Shown here piece after piece: positions 18,904-27,463 of a stretch of 64,000 nt of DNA; positions within the stretch are counted from its first letter, which is position 1, and the number at the start of each line of letters is the position of its first letter. The notes under the pieces are model-generated. The model worked only from the letters and a program-made list of their open reading frames with translations. It was not told the origin of the DNA and searched no databases. The stretch comes from Candidatus Bathyarchaeota archaeon. Lineage in GTDB: Archaea > Thermoproteota > Bathyarchaeia > TCS64. Made by a program: the position numbers and the translations under genes. Where the stretch lies: NCBI GenBank assembly GCA_018396865.1, contig JAGTRB010000005.1:1-64000 (forward strand), in the 5' to 3' direction.

Positions 18904-18966
18904 AAGAGAGCTTCATATATTTAACTTCAGCCGCTTTCATGAAGAATAGCCTTTTTCAGATGAGTC

Positions 18967-19728
18967 CTAGAAGATTAGAGATAGGCATGTCAGGGCGCCC
19001 TCACACTTCTCAAACTCGGTCATGGATAGGGGGATCACCTCAAACCCAGCCTCCCTAACAATCTCATGAGTTTTAGGGTAACCATCCGGCATTAGAACCG
19101 TCTCCCCTATGGTTAGGGTGTTAGCAGCGTACGCCTCTTCATCTGGAACTGTTAAAACCCTGAACCCCTCAAGCACTGGATTGTGGGCGTAGGACCTTGT
19201 AGCAATCATCATTCCCTCTCCTAGATATGTCACATAGCTCTTCAAATGAACAATCTTCGGATCTATTATGGTGTCAACACGAACCTCGAGCCACTCCCTC
19301 ATCTGGTCAACTCCCTCCACATTGGTTCGCTCAGTGACCCCGCTGATCAGCCGGTCCTCAAGGTGAATAACATCCCCTCCCTCCACTGTGGCCGGGGGAG
19401 TAGCCCTCTTAACCCTCAGATAACCCTTAAGAAACTCCTCCACCGCCTCTTCCTCGCCCCTCCTGCTCTCCCTAGCCATCCTGCAGATAAGCGCCCTATC
19501 CCCATGTATGACCGCGTTATCCTCAACGAAGCAGGAATCGGGTAGTAGATCATCTCTAGGAAGATGGATCACCTCAAGCCCGAGCTCGCTCAGAGCCCTA
19601 CAATATTTCCTGTGCTGCTCCCGGGCAAGCTTAAGATCGATCATATGTCTAAGGGGATGAGAGGATATGCATCTCCCATAACTATTCCCGGGCTCCCTAA
19701 CCAACGCACGCCTGAAGGTCAAATTCAA
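18967..19728 (-). CDS. Dimethylarginine dimethylaminohydrolase (DDAH)-like amidinotransferase-superfamily enzyme
   Basis: Overall DDAH-like sequence, with the C-terminal catalytic Cys context (EKCEGALTCLSLIF). Confidence 0.7.
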   Translation of the reverse strand: MNLTFRRALVREPGNSYGRCISSHPLRHMIDLKLAREQHRKYCRALSELGLEVIHLPRDDLLPDSCFVEDNAVIHGDRALICRMARESRRGEEEAVEEFLKGYLRVKRATPPATVEGGDVIHLEDRLISGVTERTNVEGVDQMREWLEVRVDTIIDPKIVHLKSYVTYLGEGMMIATRSYAHNPVLEGFRVLTVPDEEAYAANTLTIGETVLMPDGYPKTHEIVREAGFEVIPLSMTEFEKCEGALTCLSLIF

Positions 19729-19908
19729 ACCCTCAGATGAAAAGACACTTCCACCATATTAAAACTAGGATGAGCAAGGCGTTTTAGATGCACTTTCGGG
19801 GAACCTCCATCGATACCATATGTGCTTTCACTTGAGGTTTTTTTAAATACAGGTTAAAAAGTCGCCATTGTTATATCCAATTGATGTTTGATATTGGAAA
19901 GGATTTGA

Positions 19909-19983
19909 GGGCCCGTAGCCGAGCTTGGATAAGGCACCGGCCTCCGGAGCCGGAGAACATGGGTTCGAGTCCCATCGGGCCCG
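19909..19983 (+). tRNA. tRNA-Arg (anticodon CCG)
   Basis: Acceptor GGGCCCG/CGGGCCC, anticodon stem ccggc/gccgg with loop cuCCGga, T-arm gggttcgagtccc. CCA is encoded at 19984-19986. Confidence 0.85.
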
Positions 19984-19996
19984 CCATTTCATTAGT

Positions 19997-20623
19997 TCAA
20001 TAAAATTTATAATCCCTCTCTCTTGAATTTGAGAACTGGATTACCATACATGTTGGCTTAGGAGGATAATAAGTACAATATGCGTCTATTGGCATTATAT
20101 TACCAAAATTATACACATCACGTGTTGTTCCAGAAACTAGTGTTGAAGTGATTTCACCTAACTTACATTCGCCGGCATGCATAGTAAATTCGGTCGGACA
20201 TATATAAACTGTCCAGTCAAAAGATGCACCAGAGGATAACAAACATGTTGGCCCACAATTACCATTATTAAAACCACATTCATAGTTTACACAGTTTCCA
20301 AATGCGCAAGCCTTACATTGATTGTTCTCACAATAACAGCTAGAAGCTGTGCCAGCACATGGCTTACATTCATCATTAGAGCAATAGCAATTTGTGTTTG
20401 TACCGGCACAAGCTGAATTGTAGTCTTTGCATTCTCCAGAGATACATCTTTGACAGCCAGGACCGCAATCATTGTATCCGTCTTCCCTATTCACACAATT
20501 ACCATTATCATCACACAATTTGCATGTTCCACAACTAATGCCTGGAGCATTTAAACAAGTGCCAAGACTACCACATTGTTTACATGTTTCCATCACATTG
20601 ATTACAATTATATATATCATCAT
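19997..20623 (-). CDS. Cysteine-rich secreted/membrane-anchored protein (~36 Cys) encoded in ~38% GC DNA
   Basis: The ORF extends to 20752; likely starts are M at 20623 (MMIYIIVINV signal-like) or 20593 (METCKQCG...). Repetitive CxxC/Cx(3-6)C spacing: CKQCGSLGTC, CGTCKLCDDNGNC, CYCSNDECKPCAGTASSCYCENNQCKAC. Its GC content is far below that of the host. Confidence 0.55.
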   Translation of the reverse strand: MMIYIIVINVMETCKQCGSLGTCLNAPGISCGTCKLCDDNGNCVNREDGYNDCGPGCQRCISGECKDYNSACAGTNTNCYCSNDECKPCAGTASSCYCENNQCKACAFGNCVNYECGFNNGNCGPTCLLSSGASFDWTVYICPTEFTMHAGECKLGEITSTLVSGTTRDVYNFGNIMPIDAYCTYYPPKPTCMVIQFSNSRERDYKFY

Positions 20624-20717
20624 ATATATAATTGTAATCGGGCTAAAGGGTATCGATGATGTATTTGTATGGAGGATTAGGAGAGTTTCATATAACTGGT
20701 TTGTTATGATAATAAAA

Positions 20718-21164
20718 TCAATATGGAAAATCTGAAACATGATATACTTCAATTCTCGGATTTCGAGACTTCACTTTATCAATGAAATCTTTCTTATCCA
20801 AAGAAACTAACATCGAATTATTGTTTAATGCAACTTTAAGATATATTGCGTCTATAGCATAGATGTCATATTCTGAGCATAGGGGGTATGCAGATATACA
20901 AAAAGCCTTGTCACAGTTGACTAAAAGTCTTGGATCGATCATAAGATCAAGCAATTTTTTAGCCTCATCTGCGGCGTCCTTTCCAACCCTCCTCGCTAAG
21001 GTCCCGCAGACCTCCTGGTAGATTATGCTTGGCTCAGTCAAGATGAGGCTATCTGGCACCTTGAGTAATATTTCAAGGCATTTCTCGCTATATATCTCAT
21101 CAGCCTTTAAGGCGGCTAGTAGGATATTAGAATCAAGGGTCAATAACCGACTATTAGGCCTCAT
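20718..21164 (-). CDS. vapC: PIN-domain toxin (VapC)
   Basis: N-terminal LTLDSNILLAAL (first acidic residue), internal D/E positions, and C-terminal SLDKKDF. The internal ATG at 21164 overlaps the upstream vapB by 11 nt. Confidence 0.8.
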   Translation of the reverse strand: MRPNSRLLTLDSNILLAALKADEIYSEKCLEILLKVPDSLILTEPSIIYQEVCGTLARRVGKDAADEAKKLLDLMIDPRLLVNCDKAFCISAYPLCSEYDIYAIDAIYLKVALNNNSMLVSLDKKDFIDKVKSRNPRIEVYHVSDFPY

Positions 21165-21435
21165 GTTTCCTAGATCTTCTCTCCTCCTCGAGCACGGTTG
21201 GGGGGCCAACCCACCTTCTTGAGACAGTCTCCCTGAGCCCTAGAAATCCTTGGATTCCCTTCCTCATCTCCCCCATTCTCTCCTCGCTTAGAATTATCAC
21301 ATCTTTGGAAGAGACAAGCTTAGAGAGGAGTTCGGCCCAGGTCCTACACCCCAACTCCACCTTTAGCCTTTTAAGCTCCTTAAGGACATCTTCGGGCAAG
21401 TTTTTCACGAGTATTGTTGCCAGGCTCTTCACCAT
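21154..21435 (-). CDS. vapB: VapB-like antitoxin (putative DNA-binding N-terminus)
   Basis: Small ORF immediately upstream of, and overlapping, the PIN gene. The N-terminus LVKNLPEDVLKELKRLKVELGCRTWAELLSKL is RHH/CopG-like. Confidence 0.65.
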   Translation of the reverse strand: MVKSLATILVKNLPEDVLKELKRLKVELGCRTWAELLSKLVSSKDVIILSEERMGEMRKGIQGFLGLRETVSRRWVGPPTVLEEERRSRKHEA

Positions 21436-21436
21436 G

Positions 21437-21454
21437 GTAATCTAGATAATCTAG
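21437..21454. promoter_or_regulatory. Tandem 9-bp repeat taatctaga x2 (TCTAGA palindromes) immediately upstream of vapB; candidate operator
   Basis: ggtaatctagataatctagaatat lies directly 5' of the vapB start on the minus strand. Confidence 0.35.
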
Positions 21455-21610
21455 AATATAAAATTTATCGAAATAACTTACCCTTCCCTAGATCGTTCCT
21501 CCCTCCAAACACGACATACTTCAATATTTGGATATAAGACGGCGAACGTCCTTCTCCAACTCAATATTTATAGTCTATAATTATTAATTTTATATAGCGC
21601 TTAATTTTAA

Positions 21611-24600
21611 TTATCTTTTTATGTTTATATCTCCTTCTTGGATGATTAGGTTTCCCTCTCTGAGTAAACCTCCAAGGATCTTCTCTAACTCCTCCTTGAT
21701 GCTCCTCGTGAGCTTCTTGAATCCGAATAATCGGGCCGTCTCCTTGATTAGTGCCTCTCTTCCCACTCCTATAGAATGGCCCGCTAGTAGGGTGATGGCG
21801 GCCCTCAACTCTTCTGGAGGTATGAACCTCAATGGCCTGAAGGATTCCTCTAGACCATCGGATGGGACTCTTATCTTCACCTCCATCGGCCACCTAGCCC
21901 AGAGGAAGTCACCCTTTATCACGAGGCTGCCCTTCCTATGAAGCCCCCTCGCCTCCTCCATGAAGGCATCCTTCAACTCATCCGAGAGCTTAGCGAGACC
22001 CAAAGCCCTTTTTATGCGGATGTATGCATGCTCGAGGTGGATGGGCCCATCCCTTTCCACTAGGGTAGGGAGCAGCTCCCTAACCCTCTCACGATATTGT
22101 TGGACCAACTCCCCCTTATCTTGGGTTTTCCCCTTTCCGGCGATACGCCTAGCTTTGAGCCTTGTTGGCCGGTATGTCTCAACCCCCGGCAGACTAGATC
22201 CTGCTGCCTCCAAAACCCTTACCTGGATGCTTCTTTTAGGGGGGGATATACTCGGCGGTGTGTTGGGCTTACCGACAATCCTTCCACGTGGCTGTAGAGA
22301 CCTCTCGATGGCTGACTTCAGCCTTTTAACCTCGGTCTCCCTCCTTTGAACCCAGTCCGGGGACCAGATCCTGTGTATCCTCCATCCCAGCCCTTCCAGT
22401 ATCTGCTGCCTCAGTCGGTCTCTGTCCCTAGCTGTGTACGCGGAGCGGTAGTTCTCTCCATCCAGTAGGATGCCTAGAATGAACCTATCGGGGTTCTTGG
22501 GGTCTTTGACCCCTATGTCAACCTTGAATGAGCTTGGCCCAACGCCTACTACGGCCTCATAGCCCATCCTACCGAGCTCAGATAAGATGTCCTCCTCCAG
22601 TGGATTTGAGGGGCCCTCCTCCCCTTTCTCCGCCTGCTGGTAGGCTTCGGATAGCTTCTCAGCATAAAGGAGGTAGCCGTGTAGGTGGTGAACCCCTGGG
22701 GCCTTTGTGGCCTCAACCTCAATATCTGAGGCCTTTATTGAGCTCACCAGGATGACCCTCTCCCTGGCCCTGGTTATAGCGACATTTAGTCTCCTCTCAC
22801 CCCCAGGCTTGTTCAGGGGCCCGAAGTTTAGCGTCATGCGGCCATTATGATCATAGCCGTAGCCGACGCTGAAGATTATCACGTCGCGCTCATCGCCCAT
22901 CACGTTCTCGAGGTTCTTCACAAAGAATCCCTGGAGGCGGTCCTCGACGAAGAAGGCCTCATATTCAGGGTGATCCCTGAGCCTTCGCTCTATAGCATCT
23001 TGAATAGTGTTCATCTGGCTTATGTTGAATGTTATGACTCCTAGAGTCTTGTCAGGGAAGTTTTTGAAGTGCTCGAAGACGAGGTCCGCTACCACCTCGG
23101 CCTCTCTGGGATTGTTCCTGGCTCCACCCCGGTCATAGATTCCATCTGGAACATAGATGAACTTGACGCCGAGGCTCGGGTCCCTCCTCCCCGGATGGGG
23201 GAATAGGTTCAGCCTATTCTCGTAGAACCTCTCGTTTGAGAAGTTTATCAGGGAGTCATGTCTGCTTCTATAATGCCATCTCAACATATTCACAGGCAAC
23301 CCTATTGATAGGCACTCATCCAAGACGCTCTCGAATACATCGAAATCGTAGTCGACAGTCTCATCCCAGTCGAAGTCCTCGTCCAAAGAGTACTGGAAGA
23401 ATGGGGTCGGAGGGAGCTGCTTGTTGTCGCCAGCCACGATCAGCTGTTCCCCCCTGTAGATGGCTCCCACCGCGTCCTCCGTGCATATCTGGGAGGCCTC
23501 ATCGAAGATCACCAGGTCGAAGCGGAGCTTTGGAGAGAGGAACTGGCTCACAGATATGGGGCTCATGAGGAGGCAGGGTTTAAGCCTCTTGAGGAGGGTC
23601 GGGATCCTCTCGAAGAGGTTTCGGATAGGCATGTGTCGGCTCTTCTTCAGGGCCTCCCTCCTCAGTATGGCTATCTCGGAGTCCGGGACCTGGAGGAAGA
23701 CCCCCTGGGGCTTCTGCTCGTTGGCTCTATCGATGACGCGGGAGGCCGAGAGGGCTATGAACCTCTGGTCTAGATCCTGAAACTCCCTGATCAGCTGTTC
23801 ATGCCTCTGCCCCCTGAAGCCTCCTAGGGTAGGCTCCTCTTGGAAGACGAGGTCGATGAGGCCGCTGTACATGGACTTATGGAACAGATCTAGCAGCCTT
23901 GAGGCCTCAGGCCTAAGCTCCATGAGCCTCTTCAGGAATCCTCCGAGCCCATTCCCCTCCAGGTCCGCCGTGATCCTCTTGAAATCTACCCAGGCTTGGA
24001 GTTCATCCAACCTGGAGCGTAGCTCCGAGACCTTCAGCCTGATCTCCTCAAGGGTTAGGGCGCTCCTATCCTTATCCCATAGGGGTTGAGTGAAGCCGTC
24101 TTCGAGGGTTTTCAGCAGGTCGTAGAGCCTATCCAGCCTTGCGCCTATCTCAGGATCAGGAGGTGTGGGGAACCCTCCATCCGAGACGTAGGCTATGAGG
24201 GGTTGTGGAGGCTCCCTTAGGATGCTTAATAGCCTCTTACACCAATCTATATCCTCAAGTATAGAGGGCCAATCCGTCGTTATTCCTGTATATCGCCTAC
24301 CGAAGATGGCTTTAATATCCTCAGACTCTGCCTCAGCAGCCTCCTCAAAGGCTCGGAGGGCCTCCACCTCCCTCAAGTCGGATACGAGCTCCATCAGGGA
24401 GTGGGGGTGGTCCGAGATCCTCAAGGATAATGCTGGAGTGCATACCTCATTCAGCGAGGTGAGCCTTCTAGCCAGCTCAGATGACCATTCTGCCACCAAG
24501 TCAAGGGGACTCTTTGTAAGAGGCTTACCCGTGTTTGGAAGCTTCCCATAAGGTAGGAGCCCCCTCAGCTTTAGGGTTCTCTGCCTCCACTCGCTAAGGG

Positions 24601-27166
24601 CTGCTCTGAGCCTCCTCCCAGTGAGTAAAAGCTCCTCTGAGGGCCTACTTCCAGCTGTGAGGTTGAGGACTACCCCCGGAGGGATCTGTCTTCGTGTTAT
24701 CTTGAGGGCCTTCCAGGCGTTCTTCAAGGCCTCCCTGGCTGAGTTGAAGTCGGGGGTGGGATCCCTGTAATATGACTTCATAACCCTCCTGAGGTCTTCT
24801 CGACGGGAGGCTATCTCCTGCTCAAGGGTCCTCAGCTCCTTAACGGCCTTTAGATCCTCTAAAATCCTGCTCAGAGGCTCCCGGCTTCTGCTCATCCTTG
24901 TGAGGAGGCTCCTGAACCTGTGGTACTGGGGTCTAAGGTATCTGAATGGGGAGCTACCCGGCCCCTCAAGCCAATCTATTATTGGTTGTGGATCTAGGTT
25001 CAGAAACCCCTCGTGATATCTTTCCATCAGGTCCTTTTTCAGGCCATCCCTTCGGAGATATAACCCCTCAGCCTCCCTGATCATCCTCGTCACCTCTTTC
25101 AGGCTTTTTATGTCAAGCCACTCAGCCTCTGGCCTGTTTTTAGCCTCGCAGATGCTTGTAAGCTCGGCCATTCTAACTATCTTCTCTATCGAGTCGATCT
25201 CGACCTGGAGGCCGAATATCCCCGCTATCTCAGCTGCGTGGGATTTCCAATCCTCAATCCATCCGGGCAGGGCCTCCACGTATTGGGCCAACTCTTCATT
25301 AAGCCTTGTGAGGGCTACATCGTCTTCTGTGTTCGGGGGTAATAGCTCCTTTACCCTCGCCCATCTCCTCTCAACCTCATCCGCGACCCCCCTCGGAAGC
25401 CTGAATATACTTGGGCTGTATAGCTTCATCAGCCTATCCCTAGACCTCCAATACTCAGCGTAGCCCTCAAGCCTCTTCAGGGCCTCCTCTTCTATCCCTT
25501 TCAGTCCTCCCCCCTCAAGCCACCTTCTTGGAGGCCTCGGAGAGCTCGAAACTAGGGTGGAGATCTCCTTCAACCTCTCAAACTCCCCAAGGATGCTGGG
25601 GATGCCTAGACCCAGCATCTCGCTGTAACCTTTGATGCCCTCCAGCTCCTCAACAGCCTCGAGGATCTGCCCGAGGAGGGTCGCCCATCTGGAGCGGGAT
25701 TCAGAGGTGAAATCCTCCTCCCTGCATCCCCTCCATGGAAACCTCCCATCTAATGCGATATACCACACATTTGAGAGGTCTCTCACCAATTTCTCCAGTT
25801 CTTGGAGCTTCCGGGGGGTGAGGGATTTGAGTCCCTGATACTCCGACGGGATGAATGGAGCATCCTCAAGCCTGGCAAGCCTCCCGAGGAGTTCGAAGGC
25901 TGAGAGCCCGAGGGGGGGCCTCTCCATGTGCAGGGCCCTCACATACCTGTTGAGGAGGTCCCTCCTCTCCTTTAGCCTCTCCAGCTCCTCCTCGGAAAGC
26001 CTAGCCCTTGGCTTCAGGTGCTCGTTCAGTGCTCTATTGAGTTCCGCGACCACCTCCCTCTTATTCGCCTTATGGCTGTGGAGCTCTAGGCAGAAGTCGT
26101 CGAGCCCCCTCTCTTTTAGCCTGTTGTAGACCACCTCTAGCGCAGCCATCTTCTCGCTTACGAATAGGACGCTCCTCCCAGCGGCTATGAACTCGGATAT
26201 GATGTTGGCAATCGTCTGGCTCTTCCCCGTGCCTGGGGGGCCGTGGATGACGAAGGACTGCCCCCTCAAAGCGTACTGGATGCAGAGCTGCTGGCTGCTG
26301 TCTGCGTCGAGAACTTGGAACATCCTCTTGGGCTCAAGTATCTCATCAAGCTCATCCTCCTTAGGTAGGGGATCCTTAACCAGTCTGGGGTTTGGCACAC
26401 CAGCTAGGGCGGATATGATTTGGTTCTTAGCTATCTCCTCGGCGTTCTCGGATAGGTCTTGATACATCACCAGCTTGTAAAAAGAGAATAGCCCAATCCC
26501 TACCTCCCCCTCCACCCTCCATCCCAGCTCCCCGCAAACGGCTGAAACTTCTTGAAGGTAGGTGAGGACATCCACATCCTCGAAGTCCGGGAGGGGTGGA
26601 AGCTCGAACTTGTAGTCATACCTCAGTTTGAGGGTTAAGGCAGGATTCAGGACCACCTCCTCCTCCACGGGGGGAACCTCTATTCTATAGGGTGAGCGGG
26701 GGTTATCCCTCCTCAACTCTATTGGAACTAGGAGTATTGGAGATCTTACTGCCTCCCCCGACCCGGCCTCCCTCCAGTTGAGCATCCCAAAGGTTATGTA
26801 GAGGATCCTGACGCCCCTCTCCCTATATTCAGATGTGGACCGCCTATAGAGACTCCTCAGGATCCGCTCAATCCATTGAGGGTCATCTCCATGGGGCACG
26901 AGTTGGGTCTTCCCGGGGCGCATGGACCCTGAAGGACCGGTCCATCCATCCTTTGGAGGCTGCCAGATCTCCCACCCCTTCCCTTTGACAACTAGCCTCT
27001 CGAAGATGGTCTTGAGGTCTGGAGCCAATATCTCGATATAGGAGCTCTTTGTTGGCGCGAAGTAGATCAGGCGGTTCCGCCTGCTCAGGTCGATGAGCCT
27101 CTGCTTCCACAGCTGGATTCTTTCCATTACCTTGGAAGTGGAGGCCTCATCCAAATCGATCAGCAA
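21611..27166 (-). CDS. 1851-aa DUF4011-like N-domain / Upf1-like SF1 helicase with ~800-aa insert / Vsr(DUF559)-like endonuclease / DUF3320-like C-terminus
   Basis: Walker A VIHGPPGTGKSQT. Motif II VIFDEASQ roughly 800 aa later. Then LRWHYRSRH, GVITFN, and motif VI LNVAITRARERVILVSS. Then FKVDIGVKD...FILGILLDGENYRS...RDRDRLRQQILEGLGWRIHRIWSPDW (PD-(D/E)xK/Vsr-like). The C-terminus is ...GDFLWARWP...FGFKKLT. The N-terminal region (LIYFAPT...ILYITFGMLNW) is DUF4011-like. The start may be the M at 27127. Confidence 0.85.
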   Translation of the reverse strand: MLIDLDEASTSKVMERIQLWKQRLIDLSRRNRLIYFAPTKSSYIEILAPDLKTIFERLVVKGKGWEIWQPPKDGWTGPSGSMRPGKTQLVPHGDDPQWIERILRSLYRRSTSEYRERGVRILYITFGMLNWREAGSGEAVRSPILLVPIELRRDNPRSPYRIEVPPVEEEVVLNPALTLKLRYDYKFELPPLPDFEDVDVLTYLQEVSAVCGELGWRVEGEVGIGLFSFYKLVMYQDLSENAEEIAKNQIISALAGVPNPRLVKDPLPKEDELDEILEPKRMFQVLDADSSQQLCIQYALRGQSFVIHGPPGTGKSQTIANIISEFIAAGRSVLFVSEKMAALEVVYNRLKERGLDDFCLELHSHKANKREVVAELNRALNEHLKPRARLSEEELERLKERRDLLNRYVRALHMERPPLGLSAFELLGRLARLEDAPFIPSEYQGLKSLTPRKLQELEKLVRDLSNVWYIALDGRFPWRGCREEDFTSESRSRWATLLGQILEAVEELEGIKGYSEMLGLGIPSILGEFERLKEISTLVSSSPRPPRRWLEGGGLKGIEEEALKRLEGYAEYWRSRDRLMKLYSPSIFRLPRGVADEVERRWARVKELLPPNTEDDVALTRLNEELAQYVEALPGWIEDWKSHAAEIAGIFGLQVEIDSIEKIVRMAELTSICEAKNRPEAEWLDIKSLKEVTRMIREAEGLYLRRDGLKKDLMERYHEGFLNLDPQPIIDWLEGPGSSPFRYLRPQYHRFRSLLTRMSRSREPLSRILEDLKAVKELRTLEQEIASRREDLRRVMKSYYRDPTPDFNSAREALKNAWKALKITRRQIPPGVVLNLTAGSRPSEELLLTGRRLRAALSEWRQRTLKLRGLLPYGKLPNTGKPLTKSPLDLVAEWSSELARRLTSLNEVCTPALSLRISDHPHSLMELVSDLREVEALRAFEEAAEAESEDIKAIFGRRYTGITTDWPSILEDIDWCKRLLSILREPPQPLIAYVSDGGFPTPPDPEIGARLDRLYDLLKTLEDGFTQPLWDKDRSALTLEEIRLKVSELRSRLDELQAWVDFKRITADLEGNGLGGFLKRLMELRPEASRLLDLFHKSMYSGLIDLVFQEEPTLGGFRGQRHEQLIREFQDLDQRFIALSASRVIDRANEQKPQGVFLQVPDSEIAILRREALKKSRHMPIRNLFERIPTLLKRLKPCLLMSPISVSQFLSPKLRFDLVIFDEASQICTEDAVGAIYRGEQLIVAGDNKQLPPTPFFQYSLDEDFDWDETVDYDFDVFESVLDECLSIGLPVNMLRWHYRSRHDSLINFSNERFYENRLNLFPHPGRRDPSLGVKFIYVPDGIYDRGGARNNPREAEVVADLVFEHFKNFPDKTLGVITFNISQMNTIQDAIERRLRDHPEYEAFFVEDRLQGFFVKNLENVMGDERDVIIFSVGYGYDHNGRMTLNFGPLNKPGGERRLNVAITRARERVILVSSIKASDIEVEATKAPGVHHLHGYLLYAEKLSEAYQQAEKGEEGPSNPLEEDILSELGRMGYEAVVGVGPSSFKVDIGVKDPKNPDRFILGILLDGENYRSAYTARDRDRLRQQILEGLGWRIHRIWSPDWVQRRETEVKRLKSAIERSLQPRGRIVGKPNTPPSISPPKRSIQVRVLEAAGSSLPGVETYRPTRLKARRIAGKGKTQDKGELVQQYRERVRELLPTLVERDGPIHLEHAYIRIKRALGLAKLSDELKDAFMEEARGLHRKGSLVIKGDFLWARWPMEVKIRVPSDGLEESFRPLRFIPPEELRAAITLLAGHSIGVGREALIKETARLFGFKKLTRSIKEELEKILGGLLREGNLIIQEGDINIKR

Positions 27167-27463
27167 TCATTCTAGAGAGTGAAGTTTGAAAAAGGGTTTG
27201 GTTCATTAATGCCTTCTCCGTAGACGGGCTATTGATCGAAAGAGTTTGAAAAAGAGGCTTTTATGGAATTTTAGAGCATCCTCAAACGGGTTGAGGTCAG
27301 CTAAAAGGACATTAATCGAGTAATTTTATGGAGAAAAAATAAATAAATTTATATTTAAGCTTAAATTCCTACAGCAAAACCTACTAGGAGACCCACTTGA
27401 ATCGAAAATAAAAGCTTTATTAGTGTGGGGCACATTGCCGTTCCGCCTCAAGGAGGGTGAAGA

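Noticed and set aside
21561-21893. Minus-strand 110-aa ORF overlapping the 3' end of the helicase gene
   Set aside because: An alternative frame of the same coding strand region with basic low-complexity translation; spurious.
21960-26462. Numerous 60-130-aa plus-strand ORFs inside the giant gene
   Set aside because: All are antisense to a continuous 1851-aa frame with clear helicase motifs, and their Ser/Leu/Arg-rich composition is typical of shadow ORFs in GC-rich coding DNA.
19986-27463. Integrase or attachment-site duplicate marking a classical integrated element at tRNA-Arg
   Set aside because: I found no integrase-like ORF and no copy of the tRNA 3' end (gggttcgagtcccatcgggccc) in the flanking intergenic regions, so I call this only a compositional islet.
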